A program made the position numbers and the translations under genes. DNA of 28,929 nt from a virus (taxonomy: Duplodnaviria; Caudoviricetes): the IMG/VR virus record IMGVR_UViG_3300025398_000067, positions 1-28,929 of that record. The stretch is one strand, 5' to 3'. How positions within the stretch are numbered: position 1 is the first letter of the stretch; each line of letters begins with the position of its first letter. The notes beneath the pieces are model-generated. The model did not search any database. It saw only the letters and a program-made list of their open reading frames with translations, and had not been told where the DNA came from. Below, one piece after another: positions 15,907 to 24,931 of this stretch.

Positions 15907-17100
15907 CTAGAATGTAGAAGGTGAAAGGTCAAGACCGATTCGCCATGAGTCTGGGGTGATGTCATGGCTTATCGATTCGATGATGTTGATGAAATTCAAC
16001 GAACGAGAATCGACTGTGGTTCGGACAATTGTGGCACGATCGCCAATGTCTGCTGGCAGAACATTTGCCCAAATTGTACCAAGGCCAATTGCATCGAATT
16101 CGACTCGGTCGATTCGGGTGATTGGATACTGAGTTCTCGTCGCATAGTAACCAGCCATCGTTGAAGCATCTGAGTCATTCAGCAATGGGGCGGTCACATT
16201 TCGAGTGTAAGTGCCAAATCTCGCCGTCACGATTGCATTGGTGGCGGTTTGGACATGGCCTGAATACTGAGTCAGATTGCAGGTGTTTATCATAAACCGA
16301 GCGCCTGGGTCTGTCTGAATGACATCGTATTCAATTGTCCCTGTCGAGCGATCATCGGAAAGGGTGAATCGCATTGTCTGGGTCTTGAGGTTTTCATACG
16401 AAATCAAAGTCGTGACACCAGCACGATTGACGAAGAATGTTCCGAATTCACAAGCTGCTGCCTCTTCGCATAGGGCAAGAACTGTGTTGCCATAAGTGGT
16501 TGGCTGCATCTGGCGCGAACCAGTCAGAGAGGTTGAGAATGTTCCGGGATAGGAGCCGACAGAGAAGTCGCTGATGACTCTGGCAATTCTCGCCGAAGAG
16601 GTATCTCCTGAATAAGAACTGGCAATGGTCGAAAGGGAATTCGCTCCGAAAATAGCGAGCGCATCTGTGGCGACAATTGTGGAAATTGGATCAAGAGACT
16701 GGTCGGCAGTTACCTGCTCAATGAATCCCGTGAATAGATATTCTGTGGTAGCGCCATAGGTTGCCGAGACGCGAATCTTGGTTCCACGCGTGAGAACTGA
16801 ATATCCATTCCAAATATAAATCGAGGAAGAATTTCCAGGGTCATAATTTCCCGAAAGATTATCCAGAACGATGGTCATTTGACCGGGTTGGAAGGTCTGG
16901 TCTTCGCGAGTTCTTCCGCGACGAATACTGACCGAACGGGCATCGGTTGAGGCTATTGTCTGCCAGTTTGTGCCTGAAGTTCCACCGAGAACATCGGTCG
17001 AAGAATTGAGTGAGGAAATCCCAATCGTGAAGATATTTCTCCAACCATAGTCAATCTCAATCAGAAGACTTGGCGCATTTGTGCCATCAAGAAGTGCCAT
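15907..17100 (-). CDS. Minor tail (tail-tip/hub) protein
   Basis: Directly after the tape measure gene; SIRRGR, LDN..G.YDP, IESISHDITP..W motifs. Confidence 0.78.
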   Translation of the reverse strand: MALLDGTNAPSLLIEIDYGWRNIFTIGISSLNSSTDVLGGTSGTNWQTIASTDARSVSIRRGRTREDQTFQPGQMTIVLDNLSGNYDPGNSSSIYIWNGYSVLTRGTKIRVSATYGATTEYLFTGFIEQVTADQSLDPISTIVATDALAIFGANSLSTIASSYSGDTSSARIARVISDFSVGSYPGTFSTSLTGSRQMQPTTYGNTVLALCEEAAACEFGTFFVNRAGVTTLISYENLKTQTMRFTLSDDRSTGTIEYDVIQTDPGARFMINTCNLTQYSGHVQTATNAIVTARFGTYTRNVTAPLLNDSDASTMAGYYATRTQYPITRIDRVEFDAIGLGTIWANVLPADIGDRATIVRTTVDSRSLNFINIIESISHDITPDSWRIGLDLSPSTF

Positions 17101-18900
17101 TTATACCCCCAAGATTGATGGATTGAGTCCACGCCTTCTCATCAATTGTGCAATGTTATCGCGTACTGTGACAGCCAAATCCTTTTCCTGCACGACCGAT
17201 CCAGCAACATTGATGGTGATGTTCATTCCTGAACCCATTCCGCCCATTTGACTGAGAGGAATAACTGCTTCGGGCCCGGCTTCGCCAATCATGGCAAGGG
17301 TCGGAGAATTGACGATTCCACCATTGGCTAGCATGGGAATCTCTGGGAGGTTTATTCCGAACTCATTACCGCCGATAAGAGGAACCCAACTTGGAATCTT
17401 GACATGGATTGAGTCAATGGTACGGATGACAACATTGGCAATCGAGATGATGTCATTGATTGCAGACTTGAGGAGACCCACGAATCCCTTCACGCCATCA
17501 ACGATTCTGCCGATAATTCCTTCGATGAAGTTCCAAGCACCAGAGACGACATCCTTGATTCCGCCCCAAATCTGGCTCCAATGATCGCCGAGCCATTTGA
17601 TAGCAATTCCAAGTGGGGAAGCCTCTGTGAAGAGATGCCAGATAAGTTCGATTTTCGAGCTTATCCAATCCCAAGCATCAGCGATGATTGTCTTGACATC
17701 ATTCCAAATCTGCTTCCAATGGGTTGCCAAATAGATGATTGCTGTCACGATAAGGCCGATGGCGACGCTAATTCCGCCAGTTGCGACATCCACTTCAGCA
17801 CCAGCAGCCGTCACTTCTGCTCCTGCAACTGTGGCTGCTTCTCCAAATCCAACCCATCCAGCAATCATCTCGCCGAAGGAAGAGACCGAAGCCAAAGCCG
17901 CTTTGCCTAGCGTTGCAATGTAAGCGCCAATCGCCGTGACCAATACTCCACCAATAACTGCGGCGAAAGCCTCGGCAATTGCCTTGTGCTTGCCGAACCA
18001 ATCGACAATATCCTTCACAACCCCAATCAATTTCTCGATGATTGGAATCAACATAACGCCGATATTCTTGGCGACATCTTCCGACTGGGCTTTGACCGCT
18101 GCCATCTGGCCTGAGAATGTTTCGGCTTGCTTGGCAGCCTGTCCACCGATTGCATCGGAAAGACCTTTCATAATTTCCGTACCTGCGGAGGCTACGGAAT
18201 TGACCTTTTCCTGAGCATCGTGAACTTTGCCAAGTAGAGCCTCATAAGTTGCATGGCTCTTGTTGTTGGCATCCAAAGCATCAGAATGAGCCTTGAGATA
18301 GGCCGAAGCCGCATCGGTAGCCTTGGAAAGAGCATTGTTGGCAGCCTCAAGTTTGGCTGCCCCTCCTGCGGTAACTGGCAAATCAATTCCAAGTTGCTTG
18401 AGAGCCTTGGTCTGACCTTCTGAAGCGCGAGCAACTGCGGTGGCTGCATCTGCCAAATCTATGTGCTTATATTTCGCGAGATCGGCAGCAAGTCCCAAAT
18501 CGTTCAGAGCCTTTTGAGGGTCTTTGGTTGCAGTCGTCAGATTCGCCAAAGCCTCTTGAGTCTGGGCGTTGGTGTAGCCGAATTGCTCCATCTTCTTCTG
18601 AGCGTCATCGATAGGGGTGGCAAATTGCTCAAAGGAAGCGCCAGCATTCTTGAGTGCGGTCTCCAATTTGGCGTGGGAGGTCTCGAATTTGTCAGCCATC
18701 TCCAATGAGAGACCGCCAACCGAGATTGCTGCTGTGCCAATTCCGAGCAAGGCTGCTTTGCCGAAGGTGGCAAGTTTATCGAATGAGCCAGTTCCCTCGG
18801 TTTCGAGTTTTGCAACTTCACCGCGAGCCTCGCCCATTGCGGTGGTGAATTCTGAGACATTCGCCTTCAGCTCAACGAATACTGGTGGGAGTAGTGACAT
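17101..18900 (-). CDS. Tape measure protein
   Basis: 599 aa, Ala-rich helical, Trp-spaced repeats, C-terminal LANGGIV...MIGEAGPEAVIPL. Confidence 0.9.
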   Translation of the reverse strand: MSLLPPVFVELKANVSEFTTAMGEARGEVAKLETEGTGSFDKLATFGKAALLGIGTAAISVGGLSLEMADKFETSHAKLETALKNAGASFEQFATPIDDAQKKMEQFGYTNAQTQEALANLTTATKDPQKALNDLGLAADLAKYKHIDLADAATAVARASEGQTKALKQLGIDLPVTAGGAAKLEAANNALSKATDAASAYLKAHSDALDANNKSHATYEALLGKVHDAQEKVNSVASAGTEIMKGLSDAIGGQAAKQAETFSGQMAAVKAQSEDVAKNIGVMLIPIIEKLIGVVKDIVDWFGKHKAIAEAFAAVIGGVLVTAIGAYIATLGKAALASVSSFGEMIAGWVGFGEAATVAGAEVTAAGAEVDVATGGISVAIGLIVTAIIYLATHWKQIWNDVKTIIADAWDWISSKIELIWHLFTEASPLGIAIKWLGDHWSQIWGGIKDVVSGAWNFIEGIIGRIVDGVKGFVGLLKSAINDIISIANVVIRTIDSIHVKIPSWVPLIGGNEFGINLPEIPMLANGGIVNSPTLAMIGEAGPEAVIPLSQMGGMGSGMNITINVAGSVVQEKDLAVTVRDNIAQLMRRRGLNPSILGV

Positions 18901-19394
18901 CAGATAATTCCTCCCATTCTATCGACGGCCTTTGACCATGCATTCTCATATATTTTGGATACTTCTGGTTCAACTTTTGCAATTGCTGGTGCGAAATATG
19001 GATACTTCGCCTCGAGCATTCTTTTCTTGACATTGTTCGGAGGTGCGCCGATGCCGACACCTCCAGAGAAGTATCCATTGACTTCTTGAGGTTTCTTCAC
19101 CGATCCAACACCCTTATAGAGAACGCCAGTCATCCGACCCGGGCCACCAGAGCGAGGAAAGTTGTGTTGGCCTGTTGTGCCTGAAACTTGGAAATTGGCT
19201 CCCGTGATTTTGTTGTTTCCCTTTTGAGTCCAGCGAGGATTGCCACGAAGATTGGCGCGAATCGCTGTCTTCATCTTGTTCTGAACAGTTTTCAGGGAAT
19301 TCATAGTCGCACGATCCACGCGACCCTCAATCTCTTGGGTTGCTGAATTGAATTCTTTTACACCCGAGAAAATTGCTTCAATCGCTGATGCCAT
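18900..19394 (-). CDS. HK97 gp10-like neck/tail completion protein
   Basis: P..MTGVLY..., C-terminal YPYFAPA; basic, 164 aa. Confidence 0.65.
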   Translation of the reverse strand: MASAIEAIFSGVKEFNSATQEIEGRVDRATMNSLKTVQNKMKTAIRANLRGNPRWTQKGNNKITGANFQVSGTTGQHNFPRSGGPGRMTGVLYKGVGSVKKPQEVNGYFSGGVGIGAPPNNVKKRMLEAKYPYFAPAIAKVEPEVSKIYENAWSKAVDRMGGII

Positions 19395-19618
19395 TACGCT
19401 TCCCCGTTCTGAATTTTGTTTCGGGTCTCAACCACGACATTGTCAATGGCAAGAATCCAGTCTAGCGTGACTGCAGACTCATTCTCGAGCTGAGAAGGAG
19501 TGCAATGAAGCAGTTTGCAGAGCCGATAGATTTTCCATTCATCGACAAGTGGTTCACGGACAACCCCACCCTCAAGCGCCCTCCCTATTGCTCGGAGAGA
19601 GGCGCTTGGGCTTTTGGG
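19394..19618 (-). CDS. Tail assembly chaperone, -1 frameshift extension (gpGT-like)
   Basis: The -1 frame after slippery C CCA AAA is open to TAA at 19396-19394 and encodes ...YRLCKLLHCTPSQLENESAVTLDWIL... Confidence 0.8.
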   Translation of the reverse strand, partial: PKSPSASLRAIGRALEGGVVREPLVDEWKIYRLCKLLHCTPSQLENESAVTLDWILAIDNVVVETRNKIQNGEA

Positions 19619-19977
19619 TTGTTGCTGAATCCGAAGTTTGGAAGTAGAAGGTTGATGGCAGGAGCCGTCACTTCTTGGAGAGTCTTGTAATCCTCGCCCG
19701 ACAATTGGAGAACATTCTCCAAATTGATTTCCTTCTCAAATGACCAAGACTCGACAAGCGCAACAATGAGCAAGTCGTTCAATTCATAGAATTGGTCAAT
19801 CGTCGAAGGGTCGATATTTGCTGCGACCTCTGAAGGAGCAAGCAGAACATTCTTTGCCTGACTTCTTGCGATGACGAGCAAAGCCTTTTCAACTGGTCGG
19901 CGAAGTTTTACCGAGACGGAGGCTGGATCGCGAAGGATTGCCCAACCTCCGTTGGTGAGTTCAACTTTTTGAGACAT
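19585..19977 (-). CDS. Tail assembly chaperone (gpG-like)
   Basis: 130 aa following the tail tube gene; LVESWSF motif; ends just after the slippery site. Confidence 0.82.
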   Translation of the reverse strand: MSQKVELTNGGWAILRDPASVSVKLRRPVEKALLVIARSQAKNVLLAPSEVAANIDPSTIDQFYELNDLLIVALVESWSFEKEINLENVLQLSGEDYKTLQEVTAPAINLLLPNFGFSNNPKAQAPLSEQ

Positions 19978-19998
19978 TTTTTCCCCTGTTCTTATTGC

Positions 19999-20976
19999 TT
20001 AGAGTGATGAATCTGCGGTCTGGTAAGCGATTGTCAATGGCTGGTTTGTGCCGTCATCATAGGCTTCGTAAGTCATTGAAAGGTCGATGACTCCTGGGCC
20101 TGAAACATTTGGAGTATCAGCATTGAACTTGGCTGCTGGAATTGTGATGACCAACTTCTCGCTCTGACCAAGTGCAATGGTCTGACCTGTGAAGGTCAAG
20201 ACAATCGCTGTTGTCGTATCGGCAAGGAAAGCCGTGAGGAGGGTTGTGTCTGTGAATTCAGCAGTCAGCTTGCCTGAAATCTTGCGGAAGCCATTGATGA
20301 CCTGCTCTGCTTTGATTCCTGCGCCACCAAGGTTGAAGCGATCACCCTTGAGAGTGTTTCCAACTGTAACTGTGAAGTCCTTGATGTTGGCAACTGATGA
20401 GCCAGCGATTGTCAAAGCACCTTGAGAGAAGTTGAAGAGGTTGGAGATTGTGGAATATGAAGCGGTTGCAAGCGAGACACCAGTTGTCAATGAAGCAGCA
20501 TCAACTGTGAACTTTCCTGTTGCGATGCCACCATTGGCAACTGCAAGCTCGAAGCCCTGAATCTTTGCGCCAGCGACAGTCTTTGGTGTAACTGTTCCAC
20601 CATATTGAGGAACGCCAACCTGTGCAGTGAAGGAGCGACCATAGACATCACCAAGTGTGAAAGTGTAGGAATAAACACCTGTCGTTGTGGTGACTGCTGA
20701 TGGTGAAGTTCCCATTGCTTGAGCAAGAAGTAATCCAAGACCGCGAGTTGGCAAGTCGAGGGTGATGTCGCCTGTGACATCTGTTGTGGTTACAACTCGA
20801 CGCTGAGCGCGTGGAAGTTGTCCACCTGCACGAAGACCCATTCCAACTGCAACCTTCTTGTTGTAGTTGAGATTTTCTGAAGTGAATTCATAGAATCGAG
20901 TAACTGTGACAGGTGTATTGAATGTTGTTTCGGCTGCAATCCCTAGTTGCGAACCAATACCTGAACCGATTGCCAT
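19999..20976 (-). CDS. Major tail (tube) protein
   Basis: SQLGIAAETTF N-terminus, beta-rich, 325 aa, TAGGAG RBS, position before the chaperones. Confidence 0.88.
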   Translation of the reverse strand: MAIGSGIGSQLGIAAETTFNTPVTVTRFYEFTSENLNYNKKVAVGMGLRAGGQLPRAQRRVVTTTDVTGDITLDLPTRGLGLLLAQAMGTSPSAVTTTTGVYSYTFTLGDVYGRSFTAQVGVPQYGGTVTPKTVAGAKIQGFELAVANGGIATGKFTVDAASLTTGVSLATASYSTISNLFNFSQGALTIAGSSVANIKDFTVTVGNTLKGDRFNLGGAGIKAEQVINGFRKISGKLTAEFTDTTLLTAFLADTTTAIVLTFTGQTIALGQSEKLVITIPAAKFNADTPNVSGPGVIDLSMTYEAYDDGTNQPLTIAYQTADSSL

Positions 20977-20984
20977 TTTGTCTC

Positions 20985-21209
20985 CTAGTTCTGTGCAGCC
21001 TGAGAATCAGGCGTTGCGGTTGTTGGTGATGGGTCTGTTACTGGCGCGGAAATGGTAGGGGCTACTCCTGACCAATTCTGTGTCTGCTCCAAGAGAGATG
21101 CTGCTGCCTCATCTGAGACTTCAGCACTCTCACCAGCCTTCACGACAAGATTGCCGAGGGCTGGAATAACTAGATCGCCGAGAGGCGAGATGTTTGTGAT
21201 TGTTGCCAT
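20985..21209 (-). CDS. Small virion-region protein (74 aa) with Ser/Thr/Pro-rich tail
   Basis: Start MATITN behind AGGGAG; lies between the tail terminator and tube genes. Confidence 0.7.
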   Translation of the reverse strand: MATITNISPLGDLVIPALGNLVVKAGESAEVSDEAAASLLEQTQNWSGVAPTISAPVTDPSPTTATPDSQAAQN

Positions 21210-21219
21210 TGCTTGCTCC

Positions 21220-21681
21220 CTAGATTCTGCTCTGGTAGGTAATTGTAAAGATAATCCCGACTCCAACCCCATTGGCTGTTTGTCGATAGATGACTTGGCC
21301 TTGCTCCATAGCCGAGAACTGAACAAGACCTCCGAAAGAGACATCTGAACGGACTGCGGTTTCAACTGAGCCAAGAAGAGAGAAGGCTGCTGTTCGGCGA
21401 TCTGTCAATGAAGTGGAGCCATTGGCTGACCAGAGGAAGCAGGTGAGCGAACCCATCTCGAACTTGTTGATTGCTCCGAGTGGGCGGTATTCCTGACGGA
21501 ATGAACCGGGATTGACTTCATCTCCTTCAAGATTGCCATCATGCCCGACGGCGATTGCGTCGCCCGGATATGACATATCGATTTCGATTCCGTCAAAGAT
21601 TCGGATTGAGGAAAGCGATGGAGCCGATTGCAAGGTCGAAATGACGGCCTGAGAGAATGCAGGAAAGGTTGAGGTTGCCAT
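21220..21681 (-). CDS. Putative tail terminator / head-tail joining protein
   Basis: 153 aa, IFDG motif, position between adaptor and tube genes. Confidence 0.65.
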   Translation of the reverse strand: MATSTFPAFSQAVISTLQSAPSLSSIRIFDGIEIDMSYPGDAIAVGHDGNLEGDEVNPGSFRQEYRPLGAINKFEMGSLTCFLWSANGSTSLTDRRTAAFSLLGSVETAVRSDVSFGGLVQFSAMEQGQVIYRQTANGVGVGIIFTITYQSRI

Positions 21682-22533
21682 TTATGCCAACCCTGGGAAA
21701 GAAGTTGGGTCGAGCAGTTCCATTGCTCGGCGAGGAAGGGAATAGGTCGGGGCGTTGTAAAGCTCGTCGCCCGAAAGATTGCGACCCATCACATTGATTG
21801 CGCCACGCTGTGTCTGCCAAAGATGGCGAAGGATTTCAAGGACACCCTGCTTGGCACTCATTGGTGGATTGACATAACCAGCGACATAGGTGATGGAGAC
21901 ATTGTTCATCCCTTGAGTCCAGTATCCATAAGAGTTGGTCGCGTAAAGCGTTCCAGACCCGATTCGGTAGAGGCGTTGGCCTGTGTAATCCAGAACATAA
22001 TTCGAGGATGGGATGAGGATGCCGTTCTCATAGACCGAGGTGATTGAGATTGCCTTTGGGTTACGAATGCGGATGAACTCGGTTCCGCCGTCATAAAGCT
22101 CGCTGGTGAAGGTGCGACGACCGAGAACCTGTCCGACATAAGTTTCGGCAAGGTCGGTTGCTGCGTCGATAAAGCGGCGAACCTCATTTTCGTTGGCTGA
22201 AGCCGAAGGGATGTTCAGATAGTCGAGTGCTTCGTCATAGCCGACAATCCCGATGTCGTTGATGTCGCGAACCTCGAAGATGTCCGAGAATGCCTGTGGA
22301 TAAGCCCCTGTCGCGCTCCAAGAGAGGATATGGCGACCGACTTGGGTGGGAAGGTAGGAGGCGGTATAAGTACCCGTCACAGAGGTCGCTGTGGTCACAG
22401 AAACAGTTGTGGCATCTGGCAAGGTGATGCTCAAGGTGACTGTGCCGGGATTGACCGCTGCGCCATTGGAATCAACTGTGTTCCAAGTCAGATAGACCTT
22501 GTCGCCTAGATCGTAGGAGCCTGAAAGCGCCAT
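21682..22533 (-). CDS. Head-tail adaptor (gp6/gp15-like) with N-terminal Ig-like domain
   Basis: ALDYLNI...FIDAATDLAETYVG, ITYVAGY..PP...KQGVL..LRHLW. First ~90 aa are all-beta. Confidence 0.8.
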   Translation of the reverse strand: MALSGSYDLGDKVYLTWNTVDSNGAAVNPGTVTLSITLPDATTVSVTTATSVTGTYTASYLPTQVGRHILSWSATGAYPQAFSDIFEVRDINDIGIVGYDEALDYLNIPSASANENEVRRFIDAATDLAETYVGQVLGRRTFTSELYDGGTEFIRIRNPKAISITSVYENGILIPSSNYVLDYTGQRLYRIGSGTLYATNSYGYWTQGMNNVSITYVAGYVNPPMSAKQGVLEILRHLWQTQRGAINVMGRNLSGDELYNAPTYSLPRRAMELLDPTSFPGLA

Positions 22534-22554
22534 CGGTTACTCCTTAGAGATAGG

Positions 22555-22596
22555 GCAGGAAGGTTGAAAGTCAGGGGGAACTCTCAACCTTCCTGC
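22555..22596. terminator. Long hairpin at the end of the capsid-linked glycosyltransferase gene
   Basis: GCAGGAAGGTTGA (22555-22567) / TCAACCTTCCTGC (22584-22596) perfect 13-bp arms. Confidence 0.55.
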
Positions 22597-23300
22597 TTTT
22601 GAGATTGTTGGATTGCGAACGACCGCATTGGGTGATGGTGTCGTTCATCGAGCCAGAACTGTTTGTGGTGCGGAAGAATTGCGCCAGTGTGAGCGTAGAT
22701 TGGGAAGCCCATTGATTTGATGCGCTTGGAAAATAACAAATCCTCGCCGAAATAAGTGCCATCGATTGCGCCTTCAACGAACCATGCCCAATCCTTGCCT
22801 TGGTTTGGCGTGGCTTGCTTTTGCATTTCAAGGAGAACGCTGCGGTGAATCAAGAGACATCCAGTTCCTACCGCATCGACTTCAATCAATGAATCTTCTG
22901 GATAAGCATCAATCGCCTGAAGTCCCTTTTCCGAATCCATTGAATAGATTGTTGGAACTGGGCGAAGGCCGTCATTGTCATCGAAGAATGCAGCAAAGAC
23001 TAGACCTGAGACAATCGGGCGGTCTTTGTCGTGGGCTGAATCAATCAGCTTGTGCCAAGTGGAAAGAGATAATCGTTCATCGGAGTCAATCATCAAGAGC
23101 CAGTCGGCATCTGTTGTCTCCAAGAATGTTTTGACAACGACATTTCTCGACCGAGTTGTCAGGCCGACATTGCCGACTTGCACCATATGATCGAAGTGAC
23201 CATTCTTCTCGCGAGCGACATGAATCAAGTCCATCGCAAGGAGGGCATCAATCGTGCCGTTGTTCACCATGCCGATGCAGACTTTGTGTGAAGATTTCAT
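22584..23300 (-). CDS. Glycosyltransferase, GT-A fold, in the head module
   Basis: RSRN, WLLMIDSD (DxD), EVDAVGTGCLLIHRSV, GEDLLFS, H-K C-terminal motif. Confidence 0.85.
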   Translation of the reverse strand: MKSSHKVCIGMVNNGTIDALLAMDLIHVAREKNGHFDHMVQVGNVGLTTRSRNVVVKTFLETTDADWLLMIDSDERLSLSTWHKLIDSAHDKDRPIVSGLVFAAFFDDNDGLRPVPTIYSMDSEKGLQAIDAYPEDSLIEVDAVGTGCLLIHRSVLLEMQKQATPNQGKDWAWFVEGAIDGTYFGEDLLFSKRIKSMGFPIYAHTGAILPHHKQFWLDERHHHPMRSFAIQQSQKQEG

Positions 23301-23443
23301 CGCTTCTCCGCATCTATTGTGACGGAGGTTGTTTCGGGTTGTGCGGATTTCAATTCTGAGATGAGGCTGTCAAGAGCCGCAATGCCTTTGTTCTGAACCA
23401 GCTCCCTCGCTGATTCAAGACCTTCAAGAAATATAGATCGCAA
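23297..23443 (-). CDS. Small protein (48 aa) after the major capsid gene, not in ORF track
   Basis: TTG start behind CAGGGGAG; MRSIFLEGLESARELVQNKGIAALDSLISELKSAQPETTSVTIDAEKR*; ATGA overlap with the GT gene. Confidence 0.7.
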   Translation of the reverse strand: MRSIFLEGLESARELVQNKGIAALDSLISELKSAQPETTSVTIDAEKR

Positions 23444-23475
23444 TTTATTCTCCCCTGTTGATTGTGTTGCGCCGA

Positions 23476-23512
23476 GACGCTGACTCTACCCGTAAAGGAT
23501 AGAGCCAGCGTC
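23476..23512 (-). terminator. 16-bp hairpin after the major capsid gene (terminator or mRNA stabiliser)
   Basis: GACGCTGGCTCTATCC-TTTAC-GGGTAGAGTCAGCGTC, fully paired with two G-U pairs on the minus strand; no U-tract. Confidence 0.7.
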
Positions 23513-23525
23513 AAGGATTTGGCTA

Positions 23526-24875
23526 TTAGTAGCCAGAAGGTGCAACAGTTCCTGTTCCAGAAATTGTTGAGACCGACTTGTTGAAGCGGTGTGCGAGAGC
23601 AGCGTATCCATAGACCTGGAAGCGAACTGTGAGGTTGCTTGAGAGGACATCTGGGAGAACGCGTGTCTTCACGCCTGACTCGAAGAGGTAAGAATCTGAG
23701 AACTTACCGACGAGGATTGGTGAATAGTTGGTGGTTGCGCCGTAGGTCTTTGGAAGTGTTGCATCCAAGAACACAGGAACGCCCTGAATTGTTCCAACTA
23801 GACCAGCAGGTGCGCCTGGATTTGTAACTGTTCCAGCAGCGTTGAATGCCTGTGATGCGCCTGTTACTGGCACAACGAGTGGGCGGTTGCTTCCATCAAC
23901 TTGGCTGGCGAACCAGTACCACATTGAAGGATGCATGACGATGGCTTCTGCTTGCTTGTAACGATTTGTTACAACCTTAGAGATTGCCTGAGCAATTGCC
24001 TTCGCGCCATTGACTGCTGTTGGTGTTGATTCAGTCCATGTTGTTGGGATTCCGTTGGTGGTATCTGCGCCGAGGGTGATGAGACCCTTGAGAGAGCCAG
24101 ATGTTCCATCGCCTGAACCGACAACTGCTGTGTTGAGTTGCAATGCATAGTCAGCCATGAGATCACCGAAGACGAGACGATCGAGACCGCCAGCAAGAGG
24201 AGACTGCTCCACAAGCTGGATTGATACATTCTCATAGCCAGAGATTGTACGAACAGGCGCTGTGACTGTTGATGAGACCATGTCGCGAGTTGTTGTCGTT
24301 GCATTGTCTGCAGACTGGAATGCAGCAAGTGTACCTGTTGTGATCTGTGGGATGTTGATGCTGTCTGTACCAGCAGGCAGAGCCATGTTGGTGACGAGGT
24401 CAGCGGTTACGCGAGCAGCACGAGCGAACTCTGCGTATTCGTTGATGAGGTAGATTGGAGGAACGAAGTCTCCACCAGCGCCATCGGTGCGGGAAATGTC
24501 GCGAGACTCAACTGCGACTTCCTGCTGGTGGCGATAGAGGCGCTCCCATGAAGAGCGATCGTTGCGAAGCTGTGCGCCGATCATGTCGCGGACGAAAGAA
24601 TTCTTTCCATCCTTGTCATAGGTCATTGCCTCTGCGGTGACCTTTGCGCCACCGAATGTTGCAACGCCAGCCTCTTTGCGAGACTCTGCGATTGCTGCTG
24701 TACGTGCTTCTACCTTTTCGGCAGTTGCGATGCGCTCATCGAGCTTTGCAATTTCATCTTGCGCTGCTGATGCTGCATCCAGAGCTTCTGCGCTGACATC
24801 TTCTGCTGCGAGAGTTGTTTCAACCTCGGCAACAAGACCATCGCGCTGCTCCTTGAGCTTTGATGCTAGAGACAT
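23526..24875 (-). CDS. Major capsid protein, HK97 fold, with N-terminal scaffold (delta) domain
   Basis: Coiled-coil N-terminus, GGDFVPP, VSIQLVEQS, GDGT, IVMHP, GTIQGVPV, ILVGKFS. Confidence 0.95.
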   Translation of the reverse strand: MSLASKLKEQRDGLVAEVETTLAAEDVSAEALDAASAAQDEIAKLDERIATAEKVEARTAAIAESRKEAGVATFGGAKVTAEAMTYDKDGKNSFVRDMIGAQLRNDRSSWERLYRHQQEVAVESRDISRTDGAGGDFVPPIYLINEYAEFARAARVTADLVTNMALPAGTDSINIPQITTGTLAAFQSADNATTTTRDMVSSTVTAPVRTISGYENVSIQLVEQSPLAGGLDRLVFGDLMADYALQLNTAVVGSGDGTSGSLKGLITLGADTTNGIPTTWTESTPTAVNGAKAIAQAISKVVTNRYKQAEAIVMHPSMWYWFASQVDGSNRPLVVPVTGASQAFNAAGTVTNPGAPAGLVGTIQGVPVFLDATLPKTYGATTNYSPILVGKFSDSYLFESGVKTRVLPDVLSSNLTVRFQVYGYAALAHRFNKSVSTISGTGTVAPSGY

Positions 24876-24931
24876 TGTTGTCCCTTTCTCTTGGATTGGA
24901 TTGGAACCAGTCGGGGCGAGTGCGCCGAGGG

